Shown: one piece after another, positions 20,836-30,307 of the stretch | Numbering within the stretch: position 1 is the first letter of the stretch | Layout: every line of letters begins with the position of its first letter | Origin: Candidatus Poribacteria bacterium | GTDB lineage: Bacteria > Poribacteria > WGA-4E > WGA-3G | Direction: 5' to 3' | DNA: 64,000 nt | NCBI GenBank assembly: GCA_965197475.1 | Contig: CBDANF010000003.1 | Span: 3,776,001 to 3,840,000, forward strand | Position numbers and translations under genes: made by a program | Notes under the pieces: generated by a model | Seen by the model: the letters and a program-made list of their open reading frames with translations, nothing else | Databases searched by the model: none | What the model was told of the DNA's origin: nothing

Positions 20836-22209
20836 TTACTTTTGAGTTTGAAATAGATGTTCTAAAATTTGCAACCGTAATTCTGTCTCTAATTCTTTCA
20901 TCTCGGGTAACCCCGCGAGATTATTTGTTTCATCGGGATCGTTTTGCACATTAAATAAGAGATACGGTTTACCATCTGTATTTAATGCGATTTTCCATTC
21001 CTGATTTAACAACATAATTTCACCTGATATTTCAGAAATAGCAAATTCACGGTGCGTTGATTCTGTATCAGCAAGAACAGGATTCAAGGATTTTCCGAAT
21101 TGACGGTGCTTTAACTCGCCACCTGCCAATTCAACAAGTGTAGGTCCAATATCAATCCATTCAACAGGACTTTCACACACAAGATCTTCTGCAGCATTTT
21201 TCACTGTTTCGGGAGTTCGGACAAGTAGTGGGACGCGGACAGCACCGTTGAGGAAGTTGCTTTTGTAAATCAACCCATAATCGCCATTCATTTCTCCGTG
21301 ATCGGAGCAGTGGATGATGACGGTATTTTCGAGTTCACCGCGCTCCTGAATTGCTTCAAGAATTTCGCCAATCTGCGCATCAATGAGCGTGACATTACCG
21401 GCATAGTCTGCGCGGAGTTTTCCGATTTCACCTTCTTCAAATTTGGGGTTCATCCGATTCATCATATTATCCAAATTGCCACGAGGGCGAACTCCGGCTG
21501 CTTGTCGGGGAATTGGTGGTGGCATATCATTCGGGTCATACATGCTGGCGTAGGGTTCAGGTGTATCCCAAGGTTCATGGGGTCCTCCGAAACTAACCCA
21601 ACAGCACCACGGTTCTTGGTGGTCATAGTTTTGAAGATACTGCTTTGCTTGCTGTCCAACATAGACATCCGCGTAGTTTTCAAGTCCGAGTGTTGAGGGA
21701 CGGACAAGGTAAGGTTTTGTGCTGAATCGTTCACGATAATCGGCACGGTATGCATCCCACAACCCTTTCTCTTCCCACATTGCTGTCATGTGTGACTTGA
21801 GACGCGTACTCGCCCGTGGCCCTCCGATCTCGTCCACATCGTCTAAGCCATAGGCGTTCAACAAATCTTCACACTCACGCATGTCGTTGTTGCCTTGAGG
21901 GTGAAGGTGTGTTTTACCGAACAGGCTTGTTTGATAACCAGCGTCTCGAACTGCCTGCATCCATGTCGGCGTTTCTGCCGACATGGTATGTCTCATATTA
22001 TTCCAAACACCGGTATTATGCGGATATAAACCTGTTGCTAAACTGAGCCGTGTAGGGACACAAACCGGAGAGGTAGTGACGCAGTTGGTGAATCGAACAC
22101 CTTCACCTGCAATTCGATCTAAATTTGGGGTTTGAACCCAGTCTCCACTGCAGCCCATTGCATCCCATCGCTGCTGATCTGTCATGAGAAGAAGAATGTT
22201 TGGTTTCAT
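20836..22209 (-). CDS. Sulfatase (formylglycine-dependent)
   Basis: TDQQR, CVPTR (CxPxR), GKTHL, SDHG. Confidence 0.92.
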   Translation of the reverse strand: MKPNILLLMTDQQRWDAMGCSGDWVQTPNLDRIAGEGVRFTNCVTTSPVCVPTRLSLATGLYPHNTGVWNNMRHTMSAETPTWMQAVRDAGYQTSLFGKTHLHPQGNNDMRECEDLLNAYGLDDVDEIGGPRASTRLKSHMTAMWEEKGLWDAYRADYRERFSTKPYLVRPSTLGLENYADVYVGQQAKQYLQNYDHQEPWCCWVSFGGPHEPWDTPEPYASMYDPNDMPPPIPRQAAGVRPRGNLDNMMNRMNPKFEEGEIGKLRADYAGNVTLIDAQIGEILEAIQERGELENTVIIHCSDHGEMNGDYGLIYKSNFLNGAVRVPLLVRTPETVKNAAEDLVCESPVEWIDIGPTLVELAGGELKHRQFGKSLNPVLADTESTHREFAISEISGEIMLLNQEWKIALNTDGKPYLLFNVQNDPDETNNLAGLPEMKELETELRLQILEHLFQTQK

Positions 22210-22258
22210 AGCTTTCCTGCTGTTTGTAGTCTGTAGGTTAGGTTGAACTTGCGAAACC

Positions 22259-22492
22259 CATAACTGTCAATTTAAGGAGATGAATCCGTTTTTCTTGTCA
22301 GAATCTCGAATTGTCTGAACCAAGATTGACAGGATTATCGGATTTACAAGATTGTAGTGTTCTCTTTGTAGCGCAAACTTTTAGTTTGCGTCCCTTTTTG
22401 ATGCACAAACTAAAAGTTTGTGCTACAGTCCAATATATTCGGGCTTACAAAGCCCTCCTACAAGAATATCTATCACTAAATTGACACCTATG
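22259..22492. mobile_element. IS4-end MITE carrying REP hairpins, within a GTAG REP
   Basis: Ends cataactgtcaatttaag and taaattgacacctatg. Internal hairpin tgtagcgcaaact...agtttgtgctaca. REP halves (gcgaaaccc, gggtagagc) on both flanks. Confidence 0.7.
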
Positions 22493-22763
22493 GGGTAGAG
22501 CAAAGCAAACCCGACAATTTATTCCTTGTTCAGGGAGAACAATTCCAATGACTGCTTTAGCTCCAAACGAATAGAGTCGTCAAATGGAATATGAAGCATC
22601 TCAAAAAATTCATCAACATCAGCTAAACCAAGGTTGTCCATTACCGATTTAAGTTTATCGATCAAATCCTTTCTACTGAGTTGACTCAAATTCGGATCCA
22701 ACAGTGGGTACGAATCACGATTATCGTTTTCTACAAATAGTCCTGATTTATCCTATAATTCGT

Positions 22764-24305
22764 TCATTTTATCCTCCTTTTGAGTTTTGCCCAAGAGGTT
22801 GTGAGTTTATTGTGTGAACTGACTGATAAATTTTCTTCAACTTCAACCACATTGTTATCAAGAGGCTCAGAAATAAACACGCGCGCATTTCCTAAAACAA
22901 AATGGTCACAAAATATATCATCTTTTGCATCTGTTATTTTTATCGTGAATGTTTTTGTGTCACTCGGAAAATCTACTACAATCTGCTTATTTTGTGCAGC
23001 AGGAGGACGCAATGTACCGGACCAGTAAACTTCAACGTCATCTGCTAAACAAATCACTTCTATATCTGCTGCGCCATCGCATGGATTCGGCATATAAAGA
23101 GTGGCTTCAAATCTGTTATAATCACCACTACTAACATCATAGACAAAACGACTTTTCGCGTGTGAATAGAACCAACTATCCCACTCATTTAATTTTGGTA
23201 CATCAATATACCAATCCGGTAATCGTGGTCTGGGTCTATTCGGTTGCTTTTCAAAAATACCAGCGTTTTCCCAACCGCACCACTCGTTGGGATTATTTGT
23301 GGGAACAAGTGAATCGGCTCGCATATCTCTAATCGTTAGGTATTTCAGCTTACCATCGTTTGCAGATATAGGCTGCTCGGGTAAAACATAATTTTTAGGA
23401 TACCATAACCAATTACCGTTATTATCCATAAGTTGTATCCAAACAGTCGTATTATTTTCAATAAATCTGTGTTCTACATCTATAATTGCTGTATCATTGT
23501 TGCCATTGAGAAAATCCCAACCGATGATGTTTGTATTCAAAAATGCATAGGCTTGGTGTAGTCCATTGGGGTCTGAAACATCTATACGAAAACGAATATC
23601 GTCACCAAATGCTTCAGCACCATGAAACTTCACTATACTCGGTGCAAAACCAAAAATCCATACATCGTTGAAATAATAGGACTTGGATAACCACTTTGCT
23701 TCGTGTAAAGAGAGTTTTTTGCCTGAGCCTAATATAAATTCCTGCGGATCATATAACACTATATGCCATAAGCCAAAAGCATGTCCCAACTCATGCAATA
23801 TAACTTGCTCTGTGTTCGCTTTCGTGGTTTCTCCACTAAGAACATAAGCGTGATCTTCCCCTTTATCCCACCATCCGCCAGGGTTGGTATCGGCTGTGCC
23901 TCCTGCCCTTCCGTCCTGAAGTGCAGGCATACCCGCCATAACAATGACATATATATTTTTCTTATCATTAAATTTTTTCTCTAATTCCTGTTTAACTAAA
24001 GATATTGTGTCGCCACTATAATGTGCTTTATTATGTTTGCCGTTAAATTTATGGACAATAACTTGCCCTTGGTTATCGGTTTCTAATCTAAAGGTCTTGC
24101 CGGGAAACCCATGACGATCCATTTCACTACGATATACTTCCTGATTATTCTTCATGATATTATCCAAATCCAACCAATCAGACCTGTCGATACTATCCGT
24201 CGGCATGAAATATACAGTTTGCACAGTATATTCTACGGACTCGGATGCTACCGGTATCAGAATAGATAGCAGTAAGCAGGCGAGTAGTGGTTTGAGATGT
24301 TTCAT
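22764..24305 (-). CDS. Exported zinc metallopeptidase with an NPCBM-like domain and a C-terminal W-K tail motif
   Basis: Signal peptide, HELGHAFGLWH (metzincin HExxHxxGxxH), NPCBM-like HAKSRFVYDV..DHFVLGNAR, tail SVSSHNKLTTSWAKLK. Confidence 0.8.
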   Translation of the reverse strand: MKHLKPLLACLLLSILIPVASESVEYTVQTVYFMPTDSIDRSDWLDLDNIMKNNQEVYRSEMDRHGFPGKTFRLETDNQGQVIVHKFNGKHNKAHYSGDTISLVKQELEKKFNDKKNIYVIVMAGMPALQDGRAGGTADTNPGGWWDKGEDHAYVLSGETTKANTEQVILHELGHAFGLWHIVLYDPQEFILGSGKKLSLHEAKWLSKSYYFNDVWIFGFAPSIVKFHGAEAFGDDIRFRIDVSDPNGLHQAYAFLNTNIIGWDFLNGNNDTAIIDVEHRFIENNTTVWIQLMDNNGNWLWYPKNYVLPEQPISANDGKLKYLTIRDMRADSLVPTNNPNEWCGWENAGIFEKQPNRPRPRLPDWYIDVPKLNEWDSWFYSHAKSRFVYDVSSGDYNRFEATLYMPNPCDGAADIEVICLADDVEVYWSGTLRPPAAQNKQIVVDFPSDTKTFTIKITDAKDDIFCDHFVLGNARVFISEPLDNNVVEVEENLSVSSHNKLTTSWAKLKRRIK

Positions 24306-24331
24306 TTAGAAAACTCCTGTTTTCTGAGGTA

Positions 24332-24896
24332 GTTGGGTTTCGCAAGCTCTACCCATAGGTGTCAATTTAAGGATCGAATATGTGTGTTTTATGTGTCTAA
24401 GTTAAGTGTTGCAAAGTGGAGACACCTCTTGCATAATGTAGAAAATAACACAATTTATTTCTACAAAAGAGGTGTTCCGATGTCTATATTAACACAGGTT
24501 TCCAACATAATGCAAGAGATACTCCAAAATACCAGGGTTATTTAGTTTTAAGAATTTTCAGTTGATGAGTGTTACTGAAAGTTTATATTGTAGGTTGTGT
24601 TGAGTTTGCGAAACCAATAACTGTCAACTTCAGGATTTTAACCTCTATTTTATTTGTGTTTTAGCCCCAGAGGGGCGACAGGTGTATAGAAAACGCGCGG
24701 TAGCACACAGACAAAGCTCCAGAGGGGCGAAAGGTGTATCACAACACACATATAATACACACCTGTCGCACCGCTGGTGCTAAAGAAGGGTTTCGCAGCG
24801 TACTATAAACATAGCGTTTCTACAGGACTGAAAAGCATTATTTATATTCGAAAATCCTTAAGTTGACACCTATGGGTAGAGCTTGCGAAACCCAAC
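24332..24896. mobile_element. Composite REP/IS4-derived element: IS4 5' remnant (24354-~24545) plus MITE (~24617-24874)
   Basis: 43-bp terminal inverted repeat with 1 mismatch (24332-24374, 24854-24896). Transposase-start remnant MSILTQVSNIMQEILQ. Internal second end aataactgtcaacttcagga and gccccagaggggc hairpins. Confidence 0.75.
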
Positions 24897-24907
24897 AATC
24901 TTAACGG

Positions 24908-25801
24908 TCAATGCGAGTTTAATTTTGACACATTCAAATTTGCGTAAGTCCTTGTCCGTTCAACCCGATTAATTCCAGCATCAACAAATGCTTTGGACAA
25001 CGTCTCATAAGATAACGTAACAGCCGCAAGCGGATCGTAGTTTTCACGTGCCTGTACCATAAAACTGACTTCAGCAGTGATAAACCCATCATATCCATGT
25101 GCCTGCATCGCCTTAAGATAACCGACATAATCAAAAGTGCCCTCACCGGGGATAAGGAATTCAAAGTCTGGTGCGATACCGCGCTGATCTTTGACGTGTG
25201 TATGTGCAGAGACTGCAGCTAAGGCAGACACAGTGTCTTCCGTGGGCATTCCAACGATGTCAAAATGGCTAATGTCGAAGTTAACTTTGAAATAAGGGGA
25301 ATTAACGATTTCAAGAAGTTCAAGCACTTTATCGGGAGTATCAATGGTTGCGCCGATGTGCGGTTCCATCGCAATCGTAACACCTTTGGATGCCCCATAA
25401 TCAACCAACTCACCAACCCTCTCAGCGAGGAAGTCTTTTTTTGTATCCCACTCTTCCGGTTTTCCACGAGAGGTAGTATTCACTACTGGTAGTTCCTCCC
25501 CCTGTGCAAGTTCCACAGCCAAATCAACACCGCCTTTAAGCCGCCACATATTTCTTGCATGAGACTCTGGATCGATATCCATCAGATTAGAATGCGCAGC
25601 GATTGCTGGTAATGCCAAGTTATGCTGTTTCAGCATTGACGCAATGCGTTTTCGTTCTACCGCATCAAGTGTGCTAAGCTCGGTCGTAAAGGGCGGAATG
25701 ATGGTCAGTTCAATCCCATCGAATCCAAGGTTAGCAATGTGGGATATTGCGGTATTTATAGGGACAGTAGGCATTCCCCATGTGCTATATCCGAGTTTCA
25801 T
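24908..25801 (-). CDS. Sugar phosphate isomerase/epimerase (xylose isomerase-like TIM barrel)
   Basis: GFDGIEL, MEPH, NFDISH, HTHVKD, PGEG..D, GYDG.ITAE. Confidence 0.88.
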   Translation of the reverse strand: MKLGYSTWGMPTVPINTAISHIANLGFDGIELTIIPPFTTELSTLDAVERKRIASMLKQHNLALPAIAAHSNLMDIDPESHARNMWRLKGGVDLAVELAQGEELPVVNTTSRGKPEEWDTKKDFLAERVGELVDYGASKGVTIAMEPHIGATIDTPDKVLELLEIVNSPYFKVNFDISHFDIVGMPTEDTVSALAAVSAHTHVKDQRGIAPDFEFLIPGEGTFDYVGYLKAMQAHGYDGFITAEVSFMVQARENYDPLAAVTLSYETLSKAFVDAGINRVERTRTYANLNVSKLNSH

Positions 25802-25848
25802 GTAGATTTCTCCTTATATGATGAACATTGCAGTTTGAGGTGAGGTCC

Positions 25849-26545
25849 TCATCCGAAAAACGCAACAATTGAATCGAGCCAATCGTTTATTAGAAAATCA
25901 ACACGTTGAATTAGTAGAGCCACACGCCCCATAACGGTGTTTCCAAATGCTGAACCGAACCCTATCATGAGAAAGGCAATTCCGACCTTTGATATCCATT
26001 TGACGGGACCTCTGTGTTCTACCGAAAAGAAAAAATATGTGAGTGTGCAAATTACGCCAATTACCATAAGGGCTGCCCCGATAACGAGAGCAGTAAATTC
26101 TCCAGGAGGCATTGCTTCTACACTGACCCCTGTAATTTGATTATGAATTTCTGAAAACGGTTCAACTGTTCCACGTGTTTGCTCAAAAATATGGGCTCGA
26201 AGAACATTTGGAATAGCAAGCCCACAACCCACACCGATGAGGATCGCACTCGGAAACCGAATCAACCAAGTATGTCGTGGTGATAACCCAGCGAAAAATA
26301 ACAACCCAACCCCAATGGGAATTAGCTTAATTAAACCTAATAGCGATTCCCCTGTTACTGCTGCCCAAAATGGTTGCCATGCAAACGGTATAAATCCTTG
26401 ATGATAAGAAAGGACGATACCGTATCCGACTGACATACCTACGAAGAGATATTCTGCAAACCGATAAAACGGATTGTCTCGGTAAAGAAAACTATATATG
26501 CATAATGTTAAAAATGCGGCAATCCAGATGCCCAAAAGTTCCATT
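25849..26545 (-). CDS. Uncharacterised polytopic membrane protein (DUF6754-operon gene 4)
   Basis: About 6-7 hydrophobic segments. SFLYRDNPFYRFAEYLFVG and IGFGSAFGNTVMGR. Likely start ATG 26545 (MELLG) after GAGGAG. Confidence 0.8.
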
Positions 26546-26548
26546 AAT

Positions 26549-27364
26549 TTACTCCTCTTGCTTTCTCTGAACAAAGAAGGCGATGTTGCCAATAATCACC
26601 AATAAAACGATCAACAGATGTACAAACGATTCAACATTTATCCACAACATCCCTTTTGCGGGGGCGTTAATTAAATGTTCATATTCGGCAGCACCAGCAA
26701 TACCTGATATCAGACCTATTAATTGTCCGGTTTGCAAATAAGGATACATTTGCGAGATAATGACACCTGTGACACCCGCGGCGATTTGCTGATTGAATTG
26801 CACATTCGCAAAGGTAATCCATGACTCTGTTAAACTTCCAGAAGATAGATCAATAACTAATTCAATCTGATCGTAGTTCGTAATGTTTTCCATCATCGGT
26901 AATTCGGCAATAGGTGTTCGGTAATAATCATTTTCATAGATACTTGCGATATCAGTTCCCATGCCGAGAATCACTAATTCGATACCAGGACGAAATCCGA
27001 GGAAAACATAATCTTCACCGTTGACAGCATCTTTTTCTTTTGCGACTTCCTCCATCAGATCACTTCCCATAGTTGTTCCCACGGCATAAAGCGTAAGTCC
27101 GATAACTTTAACATCTTTTTCAAAACACTGTTTCAGTATTGCTTTAGCCATAGGATTCAGTTCCGCTAAAGAGGAGGGACCGTAGTCAAAAACAAGCATA
27201 ATCGTTGATCCTGCGGGAAGTTGATCAATAAAGTCGTAGAGTTTCTGAGTCGGTTCGGAAATTGATACGGGTAAACTGACAGATAACAACATGGGGATGA
27301 TGACTGCCAACGCAACCAGAATAAAAACAATTCGTCGATCCATATTTACCAATTTAGTTAGCAT
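26549..27364 (-). CDS. Uncharacterised membrane-anchored protein (DUF6754-operon gene 3)
   Basis: N- and C-terminal TM segments around a soluble alpha/beta domain (FDYGPSSLAEL, GEDYVFLGF, GIAGAAEYE). Confidence 0.8.
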   Translation of the reverse strand: MLTKLVNMDRRIVFILVALAVIIPMLLSVSLPVSISEPTQKLYDFIDQLPAGSTIMLVFDYGPSSLAELNPMAKAILKQCFEKDVKVIGLTLYAVGTTMGSDLMEEVAKEKDAVNGEDYVFLGFRPGIELVILGMGTDIASIYENDYYRTPIAELPMMENITNYDQIELVIDLSSGSLTESWITFANVQFNQQIAAGVTGVIISQMYPYLQTGQLIGLISGIAGAAEYEHLINAPAKGMLWINVESFVHLLIVLLVIIGNIAFFVQRKQEE

Positions 27365-27367
27365 GCG

Positions 27368-28030
27368 TTAATCTCCTCCACCAAGATATGAACGTTCAAT
27401 ACCTAAGATAATGCGGATGGACTGTGAAATAACTCCTAAACTCACACCGAGGATAATACCACGTCTGGCAGAGAGATTCGGATTGTCTAAAATCCACTGT
27501 TTCATGCCTGAGGAACCATTAGCTAATGTTTCTGCCCAAGGTGTCCACGATATTAAAGTGTTCCAAATTAAATCACCAACAGGCACATTTCCCAACATAA
27601 CAATTACTGCAGTAATTAGGAGTAGCGTTGCCTCAGTGTTTCGTGCGCGGAATGCACGGTACGCTGCCGATGCGATAAAGAAAGCGAGCAGCGAAAACAT
27701 AGTCGCATCCATCGGCAGTTGCACATTGTTAAATAACCATTCAAAGATGGGGTGTTGGGGACCAAAGGGGATTCCCACCGCCACCATAATTGCGATTCCC
27801 GCAAAAACAAGAAAACTGTACTGCCAATGTTCAGTACGGCGACTAATACGGGTGACATGAGTTTGGAGAAGTGTTATTGTGCTGAACACTAAGGCGAAAG
27901 GTGTTATAATCCGTGCCCAACTCATTATTTCTTCATAAACTCCTTGAGAAAATGAATGTGGACTGAACTGTGTAAAAATTATAACTACCCCGAAAAGAAA
28001 GCAGAGAATTAAGGGAATTTGTCTCTTCAT
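27368..28030 (-). CDS. Uncharacterised polytopic membrane protein (DUF6754-operon gene 2)
   Basis: About 6 TM segments. ATMFSLLAFFIASAAYRAFRAR and RIILGIER. GGAGG RBS. Confidence 0.8.
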   Translation of the reverse strand: MKRQIPLILCFLFGVVIIFTQFSPHSFSQGVYEEIMSWARIITPFALVFSTITLLQTHVTRISRRTEHWQYSFLVFAGIAIMVAVGIPFGPQHPIFEWLFNNVQLPMDATMFSLLAFFIASAAYRAFRARNTEATLLLITAVIVMLGNVPVGDLIWNTLISWTPWAETLANGSSGMKQWILDNPNLSARRGIILGVSLGVISQSIRIILGIERSYLGGGD

Positions 28031-28038
28031 TATACCTC

Positions 28039-29187
28039 CTAATCCAACCGTTGTAAGAGCGTTGTTATCCAGTTAACACCGAATAGTTCAAGAACCACGC
28101 CAAGAACAATGGTTGCAAAAATGAGTATTTTTCCCCAATCTTGTCCTCTGAGGCTTCCGAGTAGCATCGGTTCATTGGAGAGGTAGGCACTTGCGGCGTA
28201 CAATTCTTCACCAATCAAGGTATAATCACATGCTGTGATTAAGAAGGGGAGTTGGTGTTCAGAATCTGTTCCAGCAATCTGAATCGCGCCGATGGAATTA
28301 CCGGTTTCTGCAAGGATAAGTGATTCTGCGTAGAATGTACCTTGTAAAAATATGGCAGCAGGTTTTTCACGTAGCATCATCCCGTCTACACCAGCAGCAT
28401 AAGCGAATTGGCTATCGGTGAGAAAGAAGATATTCTCCTCGCTATAGGCATCGGGACGACCTTCATCAAGATATGAGGCTTTTACCATTTCACGAACTAC
28501 GTTCAGGACAATCGGATCATTACAGGGTACGCGTAGGGTTGTTTCATAATCTGCGGTTCGTCGTGCGACCTGTCCGAGAATTGTCATACTCGCGATAGTG
28601 GCAGGTCCACTGACACCGCCTAACCCTAACACGTATAAAATGGATCGTCCCATCTCGGTTGCTCTGCCGATTGCCTCATCTACTGCTTCAAGTCCAGGAA
28701 TACGGCGAACGAATACCTCTTTGCTATTTCGGGAAAGGTATATACTTCCAAGAATCGCTGCTGAAAAAATTAGCATTGCAATAAAAAGTTGGATTTTGCC
28801 GGGGTGAAACCATTGGTCTGTCGCTTTGGCAGGAGCGGATTTTTCTGAATCCACTGTCACTTCGGTGTCGGTAACAGCACGGACAATATATTCGTAAGTC
28901 TCACCTTGTTGTATGTCCTTGTCTTTGTATCTTGTTTCGCCTGCTTTCAATATTTCAGCAATCATCTCAAATGTTCCATCGGGTGTACTACGTAGTATTT
29001 GATAGCCTGTGATACCACTATCTTTTTGAGCTTTATCCCATGTAATGGTGATGCTGGTGGTATCGTTTGGGGTATCCTTTGCAGTTACGTTTGATGGAGG
29101 CGCAGGCTCTTGGCTAAACGCGTAGGTGCCGCATAAAAATAAAACCGAGCAAACGACTACCCATAAAATTGTTTTATTGTATGTCAT
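28039..29187 (-). CDS. Fibronectin type III + DUF6754-like membrane protein
   Basis: Signal peptide, FN3 (PSNVTAKD..ITITW..GYQILR..YEYIVRA), TM, RRIPGLEAVDEAIGRATEMGR and IGEELYAASAYLS. Confidence 0.8.
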   Translation of the reverse strand: MTYNKTILWVVVCSVLFLCGTYAFSQEPAPPSNVTAKDTPNDTTSITITWDKAQKDSGITGYQILRSTPDGTFEMIAEILKAGETRYKDKDIQQGETYEYIVRAVTDTEVTVDSEKSAPAKATDQWFHPGKIQLFIAMLIFSAAILGSIYLSRNSKEVFVRRIPGLEAVDEAIGRATEMGRSILYVLGLGGVSGPATIASMTILGQVARRTADYETTLRVPCNDPIVLNVVREMVKASYLDEGRPDAYSEENIFFLTDSQFAYAAGVDGMMLREKPAAIFLQGTFYAESLILAETGNSIGAIQIAGTDSEHQLPFLITACDYTLIGEELYAASAYLSNEPMLLGSLRGQDWGKILIFATIVLGVVLELFGVNWITTLLQRLD

Positions 29188-29218
29188 ACATTCCTCAAAA
29201 AAGAGTTGGAATTATAAA

Positions 29219-30307
29219 CTAATAACATTGTGAAATTGCTTCTATAATCTGTGTGTCTGTCACATCGTCTCGGATAACGACTTCTCCAATACATGTCGGT
29301 AATATGAGGCGCAGTTTACCACCGAGTGTTTTTTTATCTAAATACATGGCATCGCATATCGCTACGGGAGAAAGATCAGATGGAAAAGTCAGCGGCAATT
29401 TTGCGCGATTTAAAAGAGTGTGTTGACGTTCAAAGTCGGTTTCAGAGAACATTCCCAAATTGACTGCTAATCGTGCTGCGCAATTTATGCCGATAGAAAC
29501 AGCTTCTCCATGTCTATATTTTTTGTAGTGTGTTAATGCCTCAAGTGCATGACCGAAGGTGTGTCCATAGTTAAGCACCATTCGCAAACCGCTCTCTTTT
29601 TCATCTTTTGCGACTATATCTGCTTTGTTCGCACATGCACAAGCGATCATCTCAATTAACGTTGCTACATCTAAATTTAATATCGCGTCAAGGTATTCTT
29701 CTACCATTTCAAACAAAGACTCATCGCGGATGACACCCATCTTGATCACTTCAATGAGTCCTGCACGGATATCCCGTTGCGGTAAGGTTTCAAGCGTATT
29801 GACATCAATCAGCACTAATTTTGGTTGGTGGAACACACCGATAAGATTTTTGCCTTTGGGGTGATTAATTGCTGTTTTACCGCCGACGCTTGCGTCAACT
29901 TGTGCCTGCAAGGTGGTTGGGATTTGCACGTAAGCGATACCTCGCATGTATACTGCTGCCGCAAACCCACCCAAATCTCCCACCACACCGCCACCGAGAG
30001 CAATGAGCGTTGAACTCCTATCAAGTTGGTTATCAATTAAGCTATCCAGTATTTGGGATAATTGCTCTAACGATTTACTTCCTTCACCGACAGGAACATC
30101 AAAGGTAGCAATGTCAAACCCCGCATCTTTTAGATTTTCCGAGACAAGGGGAGCATAACGATGATTAACGAAAGTATCTGTAACAATTAGCACCTTTGTA
30201 GATTTAGCATAAGACTTCAGAAATTTCCCAATCCGGTTGAGAATCCCCGCCCCGACGAATAGCGGATAACTGTTCTCATTAAGTTCAACGTGTAAGGTTT
30301 TTATCAT
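29219..30307 (-). CDS. aroB: 3-dehydroquinate synthase
   Basis: GGGVVGDLGGF, PTTL..VDASVGGKT, GKNLIG, LNYGHTFGHA, HGEAV. Start taken at ATG 30307 (MIKTL). Confidence 0.95.
   Translation of the reverse strand: MIKTLHVELNENSYPLFVGAGILNRIGKFLKSYAKSTKVLIVTDTFVNHRYAPLVSENLKDAGFDIATFDVPVGEGSKSLEQLSQILDSLIDNQLDRSSTLIALGGGVVGDLGGFAAAVYMRGIAYVQIPTTLQAQVDASVGGKTAINHPKGKNLIGVFHQPKLVLIDVNTLETLPQRDIRAGLIEVIKMGVIRDESLFEMVEEYLDAILNLDVATLIEMIACACANKADIVAKDEKESGLRMVLNYGHTFGHALEALTHYKKYRHGEAVSIGINCAARLAVNLGMFSETDFERQHTLLNRAKLPLTFPSDLSPVAICDAMYLDKKTLGGKLRLILPTCIGEVVIRDDVTDTQIIEAISQCY

Noticed and set aside
22519-22740. 60-aa ORF downstream of the metallopeptidase
   Set aside because: There is no clear start or RBS. 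It is probably a 3' fragment of a lost gene and cannot be assigned.
24332-24896. Repeat clusters as a CRISPR array
   Set aside because: There are no regularly spaced identical direct repeats with unique spacers and no cas genes. The repeats are REP hairpins and IS ends.
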